Source: Eledone cirrhosa (lineage: Eukaryota). Taken from it: a stretch of DNA of 64,000 bases. Positions 55,845 to 64,000 of this stretch are shown piece by piece. Under the pieces are notes generated by a model. The model had not been told where the DNA came from and did no database searches. It saw only the letters and a program-made list of their open reading frames with translations. The DNA is taken from positions 7,750,001-7,814,000 of the forward strand of contig OZ024749.1 of the NCBI GenBank assembly GCA_964016885.1, read 5' to 3'. Both the position numbers and the translations under genes were made by a program. Each line of letters starts with the position of its first letter. Positions within the stretch are counted from its first letter, which is position 1.

Positions 55845-56168
55845 CAGAGCTTCTCAAAATGGTCGCTATCGCTCCCTGTGGTCCAGTGGGGCCTAAGGGG
55901 CCGGGGGACAGTAGAGATAATATAATAGTATATTAAATATCAAATGATACATATTATACATAAATATATTAAAATAAAAAAATATATAATATATATTTAT
56001 ACATAGTATATATTATATTATCTATTATAAGTAAATCAACGATTTTATTTATTATATATTATTTATAATTTACTTATAGACAGGTCTCTCCGGGCATAGG
56101 GTTGGAGGGTACTGAGGGTATTACGTGGCATTGAGGTGGGGGTGACCGCAAACCTTTGAGAACCTCTG
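55845..56168. mobile_element. hAT (Charlie-like) MITE family A, intact
   Basis: TIRs CAGAGCTTCTCAAA / TTTGAGAACCTCTG; perfect 8-bp TSD TTCTAGAA. Confidence 0.88.
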
Positions 56169-56502
56169 TTCTAGAATATTTGGAAGGTTTATGCCAGAAG
56201 TTCTTCGACTGAATTATTCCGAGGAATTTATATTAAGACTGTTTATGCCGGTTCAGTGTCATACAGTTTTACTCTTTAAACATATTTAACTATAGAACTA
56301 AATGATAAAGGAAAACTTAAATTGAACCAATGACGTAATAAAATAGGAAGAGAAAAGATATAGCACTTAGACAGACTAACACAAGTATCAGAGACAGGCG
56401 TTTGTACAGAGATCCCTCACAAAATTGGATAGCAGAAGCACTGGTATAGTTCATAATAGAAATGTATATAAAGGAATAAACGCTATGTTTATCTATCTAT
56501 CA

Positions 56503-56710
56503 CCCGCTCTTTGTGTTCCTGAGGAGGAGGGTTGCACATTTTTTACGGGGGTGTGTGCGACCCACGTCAACTTCGGTGTGCTATTGAGGACTTCGATTGT
56601 TGAATTTTATTTGTTATATGTTTTTACACGTCTTTGAAATGTATGTAACCCCTCCCCCCTTGTATTTGTTCCAATCTTTGATGCCCTGGTGGCAAATAAA
56701 TAGAAAGTTA
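56503..56710 (+). mobile_element. Tx1-like LINE 3' UTR fragment
   Basis: Homologous to 39950-40185; flanked by TATC repeats. Confidence 0.78.
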
Positions 56711-56714
56711 TCTA

Positions 56715-58031
<1,317 letters not shown>

Positions 58032-58044
58032 TTATATATAAAAG

Positions 58045-58845
58045 TGTGGTAGATTAGCAGTATTGGAGAGATGTAGACAACATGCTATGCGGCATATAGT
58101 TACGTTCCTTTCAGTTCTGTGTTCAAATCCTGCTTAGGTTAGTTTTGCCTTTCACCCTTACTTGTTCGATGAAGTAAAATACTAGTTATGCCCTGGTGTT
58201 AAATTAACTGACTTTCCGTTTCTCTTCAAATTGCTGAAACAGATATTATACATAACAAAATGGTGGATTGAGAGTATCGATAGAGCCTGGGACAAAATAC
58301 ATTGCGTCATTTAGTTATTACTATCTACATTCTCAGTTCAAATCCCGCCAAAGAAAACAGTACCTTCGATTCTTACAGGATTGATAAAATAAAGTATCTT
58401 GAATGTACTGGGGTCAATCCAATCGATTTCCTCTTACCTTTAAATTGCTGGACTTGTGCCAAAATTAGAAATCATTATTATACATAAATATAGCGTATAT
58501 GCCTACATATTCATAGCCTGCATGGTCCCGTAACTCCCGTGGGAGACATAGGGAGAACGTATTGACATACAGCGTTTCTAGGGCATTTTAAAACATAGCC
58601 GAACCCTATCTCCTCTCCAGTTCTGAATACAGGAGCTTTCTTCCAGAGAAGAATAGAGTGAGTGAAAGAATGAAAGAGAAGAATAATTGACCCAAGTACT
58701 AGACTGGTACTTTTTTTTTATCAACCTGGAATTGATGAAAGACAAAACTGACCTTGGTTGGATTTGAACTAACAGATAGGAGACCCGAAATTAATACCAC
58801 AACTCATTCTATCTCATATTCTAATGACTCTCCCAATTCGCTGCC
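58045..58845. mobile_element. Three older SINE family 1 copies
   Basis: Diverged A/B boxes and central domain at 58045-58250 +, 58262-58475 +, 58690-58845 -. Confidence 0.7.
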
Positions 58846-59183
58846 TTATGCCTCCATAGACGCCTCTATTTTCTAGTTTAATATACTCTACGATTCATCA
58901 ATCAATCACAGACTTCTCAAAACTGTGCGATATACCATATATTCTTGCCAAGAGACTGCAGGAAAATGAGTGCTTCTTGTTGGAATTATCAGTCTAAACA
59001 GTCGATATATCTCAAAGAAACTATCGAAGTATAAATAACTGGAAATACAGATAACCAGGCTGTGTGGAATAAACACAGAATCAACATCTATAAAAATAGG
59101 TGACTTGGAAACGATCAAGAAAAGATAGTTACATAACCAAATCCCAGGACTTGGCAATATATATATGTATATATATATGTATA

Positions 59184-59228
<45 letters not shown>

Positions 59229-59229
59229 G

Positions 59230-59281
<52 letters not shown>

Positions 59282-59323
59282 TATACGTATATGTATATAT
59301 ATATATATAATACAGCTATACAT

Positions 59324-59354
<31 letters not shown>

Positions 59355-59408
59355 GAGAGAGAGAGCTATACAAATACACACACACATGCATATGTATATA
59401 TAGCTATT

Positions 59409-59482
<74 letters not shown>

Positions 59483-59637
59483 AGCAAGATGTATGGTAGG
59501 TCGTATGTGAATCGCGATGATCACGCCTGACCTACCAAATATGCGACGGTAGCAAGTTAAGCTCTATGCGTATAAGTAGAGCAGAAATATTAATGAAAGA
59601 GAACAAAGGAACTATTATGACATTATAACAAGTTTAT

Positions 59638-59684
59638 TGCCGACAGCCGTTTCGTCCGACCATATGGAGGGACTTTTCAAGGCA
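59638..59684 (-). ncRNA. Hammerhead ribozyme, U3-A8 core variant
   Basis: TGCC-TTGAAAA-GTCC/GGAC-GAAA-CGGCTG-TC-GGCA overlapping AATAAA. Confidence 0.8.
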
Positions 59685-60249
59685 TATAACAGGTGATTGT
59701 AAGTTCATTATTTACATCAACGTTTCACTCAAGATTAGCAGTTTGAAATTGTGGTATACATCAGCAGCTCCGCTTGTATTTTTAGGGTCTATATTCTAAG
59801 GGGGCTCTTTTATATTAGTTGTCGGAGTTGTAGACGGGATAGGTTATGGGGAGTTAAGAGAATTTGAAAAGGGCCTAAGGTTAATGAAGGTTAAAAATTA
59901 GATAATTTATAATTTACACATTAAAAGTAAAAGACTTGGGACCTCGTAGAAGCACCTTAAAAAATCCCTCAATAAGTGCATAAAGCTTATAAGCCCCAAT
60001 AAACCTAACAAACCAGAAGAGATTAAGAGACTAAAAAAATAAAAATATAAAAATATAAAGTTTCCTAAAAAATATAAAGTTTCCTAAAAAATTCCTTCGA
60101 GAAAAAAAAGATTTTTTCGAAAGAAAAAAATTTTCTTCCCCAGAGATCACGTTAAAGAATTTCAGAAAATTTACGAAGTTTTGATAATCCCTATATATAT
60201 ATATATATGTGTGTATAAAAAGGGTATTACTGATACTTTATATTAGTAA

Positions 60250-61815
60250 CAACCATTTTCCAGCCTGTGTAAGAGGAAATCTGAGCTGAATGGTCGAAGT
60301 TTCTTGAGTCCATGGAATGTGAAAACACGTAGGAATCATTGAAGAAGACCGTCTGTGATGTTAGTGCTGGAGTTTTAGGTCATACCAATACAAAGCATAA
60401 AGATTGGTTCGATGAAAATGATGCAGTGATCTAGACTTCGCTTGAAGAGAAACAAAAAGTGCTGACATCATTGTTGTGTGAGACACGTGCCTTGATTTGC
60501 CTGAGGACTTCAGGCAAATCAAGGCACGTGTGCAACATCAATTGGGAGCGATGCAGGATACCTGGTGGAGAAAAAAGGCAGATGAAATCCAGAAAGTCTC
60601 AGATAGACATGATACAAAGCTTTTATACACAATCTGCTCAGGGAGGTGTATGGTCCGACCGGTCCACAAAATATCACCACTTCACGCCAAGGACGGCAAG
60701 GAATTTCTCAGAGATCCGAAGGAAATCCTGATTAGTTGGCATGACCACTTTGATGAATTCGTCAACAGATTATAAGAAATCGATGATGAGTTCATCCGGT
60801 CGATTCCATCCAGACCTACAAAGCTGGCAATAGCTGATCCTCCTTCATTTGATGAGGTGGCGAAGGCCATTGCCAAAGTAAACAGCGGCAAGTCACCAGG
60901 AATGGATGGACTGAGTGCCGAGATCTTCAAGTGTGTTGGTGATAACTTCTTAAACCGTCTCACTGATCTCTTTGTGAATGTTTGGAATGAAGATGTACCA
61001 CAGGACTGGAAAGATGCATTGATGGGGGTTCTGGACAAAGAAAAGGGAGCCAAAGATGACTGTGGAAACTACAGAGGTATTTCGCTGGGAAGATCTTGTG
61101 CAGGATCTTGTTGGACAGATTGATACAGCACATTGCGGTACTTCCTGAGTCCCAATGTCGCTTTATGAATTGCAGAGGCACTGTTGACATGATCTTCTCG
61201 GCTAAACAACTTCAGGAGAAATGCATTGAGCAGCGCATGGACTTATACCACGTTTTTCTCGATCTAACCAAGGCATTTGACAGCGTCAATCGGAGGGCTT
61301 TGTGGGTTATTTTGGAGAGATTGGGCTGTCCTGAAAGGTTTGTGAACATACTGAAACTCTTACACGATGACATGCAGGCATGGATAAACATCAGAGGTAA
61401 ACTGTCTGAGCCAAACTCGGTTGAAAATGGTGTCCAGCAAGGTGATAATCCTGCACCAACTTTGTTTGCTTTGTATTTGGCAATAGTGTTCTTCATGGCC
61501 TTCAAGGATTGTCAACGCCGTATCTATCTCAGATATCGCACTTCTGGCAAGCTGTTCAACCTCAGGTGTCTCACTACCAACATTAAGGTACTGAGTATCT
61601 TGATCAGAATTTCTGTATGCAGATGATTGTGATCTCTTTGTACATTCCAGAATGATATGCAACACCTTATGGATTCTTTTTCCAATGCGTGCAGTGCTTT
61701 GGGACTGACAATCAGTCTGAAGAAGACCAACCTGCTCCGGATAAAGTTTTCAATGAACCCTCCATATAGGTTTACGGTCAAGCGTTGAAGGCTGCTGACA
61801 GATTTGTGTATTTGG
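60250..61815 (+). mobile_element. Decayed RTE-clade LINE (RT region)
   Basis: HKDWFDEND, GKSPGMDGLSAE, CGNYRGISL, LPESQC, DMIF..KQLQEKC.EQ, FLDLTKAFDSV, GVQQG..APTLF; multiple frameshifts. Confidence 0.9.
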
Positions 61816-62172
61816 GGATGCAGAACAATAATATGAGAGGCGTAAAATAAGAAAATTATAAAATTAACTTACTAATCTTTTGAATTTGCCACCGACGCAG
61901 TAGGCAGTGATTTTCTCAATGGCTTGGAATTTAGTCCACGCTTTGCTTTTTTCCATCCACTGAATTATTTTTGTATAAGTTCCCTGTGCCCAGGTATTGC
62001 CTGGAAACTTAGCTGAGAATAGACTTCCCTGATGACGAAAGGCTTCTCCGTACGTTTCTTCGGAAAGTATGTTTATTCCCTTTCAGAAACTAAATAGTTT
62101 GAGTGAAATTTTAGTAAGTTATTTTTATAATTTTATTATTTTACGTCTCTCATATTATTGTTCTGCATCCCC
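61814..62172. mobile_element. Fold-back element with ~60-bp inverted arms and degenerate hammerhead core
   Basis: GGGGATGCAGAACAATAATATGAGA.../...TCTCATATTATTGTTCTGCATCCCC; internal CTGATGA-CGAA...TTCG-GAAA at ~62029. Confidence 0.7.
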
Positions 62173-62269
62173 ATGCATTGAACCACAACGTTACTAAGAC
62201 AAAACCTATATATTTGCTAGCATAAGTATGCATATGTGTGTATATATGTTACTAGATATACTAATTGTT

Positions 62270-62308
<39 letters not shown>

Positions 62309-62316
62309 ATACATAT

Positions 62317-62363
<47 letters not shown>

Positions 62364-62420
62364 CATATATACATATATACATACATATATACATATATAC
62401 ATACATATATACATATATAC

Positions 62421-62454
<34 letters not shown>

Positions 62455-62642
62455 ACATACATATATATATATACATACATATATATATACATACATATAT
62501 ATATATACATACATATATATATATACATACATATATATATATATATACATACATATATATATATACATACATATATATATATACATACATATATATATAT
62601 ACATACATATATACATATACATACATATATATATATACATAC

Positions 62643-62691
<49 letters not shown>

Positions 62692-62744
62692 CATACATAT
62701 ATATATACATACATATATATATATACATACATATATATATATAC

Positions 62745-62781
<37 letters not shown>

Positions 62782-62796
62782 CATACATATATATAC

Positions 62797-62891
<95 letters not shown>

Positions 62892-62936
62892 AATATATAC
62901 ATATATATATATAAATATATACATATATATATATAA

Positions 62937-63015
<79 letters not shown>

Positions 63016-64000
63016 GGTAGGATAGAAGAGGTCCTTGACAAACTGGACCAGGGTCTCAACATCCTACTGCTGGGAGACTTCAACCTACCAAAGGTCAAAT
63101 GGCCTGAGGGCCACCTCCTCCCTGGAATGACGTCAATAGAACAGAGACAGACGGAATCCCTGCTGGCCCTCACACACAGGCTGTTCATGGAGCAAGCAAT
63201 ACTCCTCCCAACAAGAGGCGAACATGTCCTGGACCTCTGTTTTACAAACAACGAAGTGCTCATCCACAATGTAAAGGTGACACCAACAATTCTCTCGGAT
63301 CATAACTTGGTAGAGCTAATGATATGTGGTCCAAGAGAACCAACAGAGACAAAACCACCAAGAAGCTCCGGGACGCTATCCAGCCTTAACTTCTACGGGG
63401 CTGACTGGAAGAAGATTAAGAGTGAAATCCGGAAGCAAACATGGAGTGCAAACATCGCCACACAAGACACTAACACACAATTTCAACACTTCATGACAAC
63501 GATACACACCATATGCAAAAAGTGTGTCCCGGAGAAAGAGGCAACAGACACAAAAATCTTATTCCCAGAGATAGGAAAATCCTTATGAGACGTAGAACTA
63601 AACTCTCAAACCAGTTGAATAGTCAACAAAACCAAAACAAGAAGGAATCCTATTTGAAACGTGCACTACTTGACACCGAGATTGCACTCAAGCTTTCACA
63701 TGAGAATGAGAGGGCAAGGAAAGCGAACAGGGCCATAGAAAACATTAAAACAAACCCTAAGGCCTTCTTTAAATTTGCAAAAGAAACTGCCTCAGTACAC
63801 TGCAAGATTGGACCACTCTTCCACACGGACGGTTCATTAACCGAAAATCCCCAAGAGATATGTGAAATACTGAACGAACAGTACAAAAGTGTCTTCACAT
63901 GTCCACTGAGGCACATGCAAATAACGAAGCCAGAGGAGTTCTTTGATGCCACAACACTACATCAAGAAATGGCAACCATCAACCACATAGACATAACGGA
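63016..64000 (+). mobile_element. CR1-group LINE ORF2 fragment (APE C-terminal half and linker), runs off window
   Basis: [58 protein letters not shown]. Confidence 0.85.

Overview
AT-rich eukaryotic (metazoan) non-genic DNA saturated with (TA)n/(CA)n/(GA)n/(CATA)n microsatellites and decayed transposons. The repeat style suggests an octopus/coleoid genome (inference only). No intact host protein-coding gene is visible, and most ORFs in the track are microsatellite artefacts. Recognisable elements are Tx1-like LINEs (APE+RT copies, plus one copy with a near-complete ORF1 and most of ORF2 deleted), two kinds of Penelope-like elements (GIY-YIG), R4/Dong-type RLE LINE fragments, an RTE LINE and bipartite RTE-derived non-autonomous elements, CR1-like fragments, two tRNA-derived SINE families, two hAT MITE families, two non-autonomous Helitrons and a 42-bp minisatellite. 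The main unexplained signal is about 14 minimal type I hammerhead ribozyme motifs read by eye, plus several degenerate ones. They have palindromic stem III and include UUGANAA and CCGANGA core variants. Many sit in short protein-free fold-back elements with two outward-facing ribozymes, usually next to (TA)n tracts. All motif calls were made by hand and none was checked computationally.
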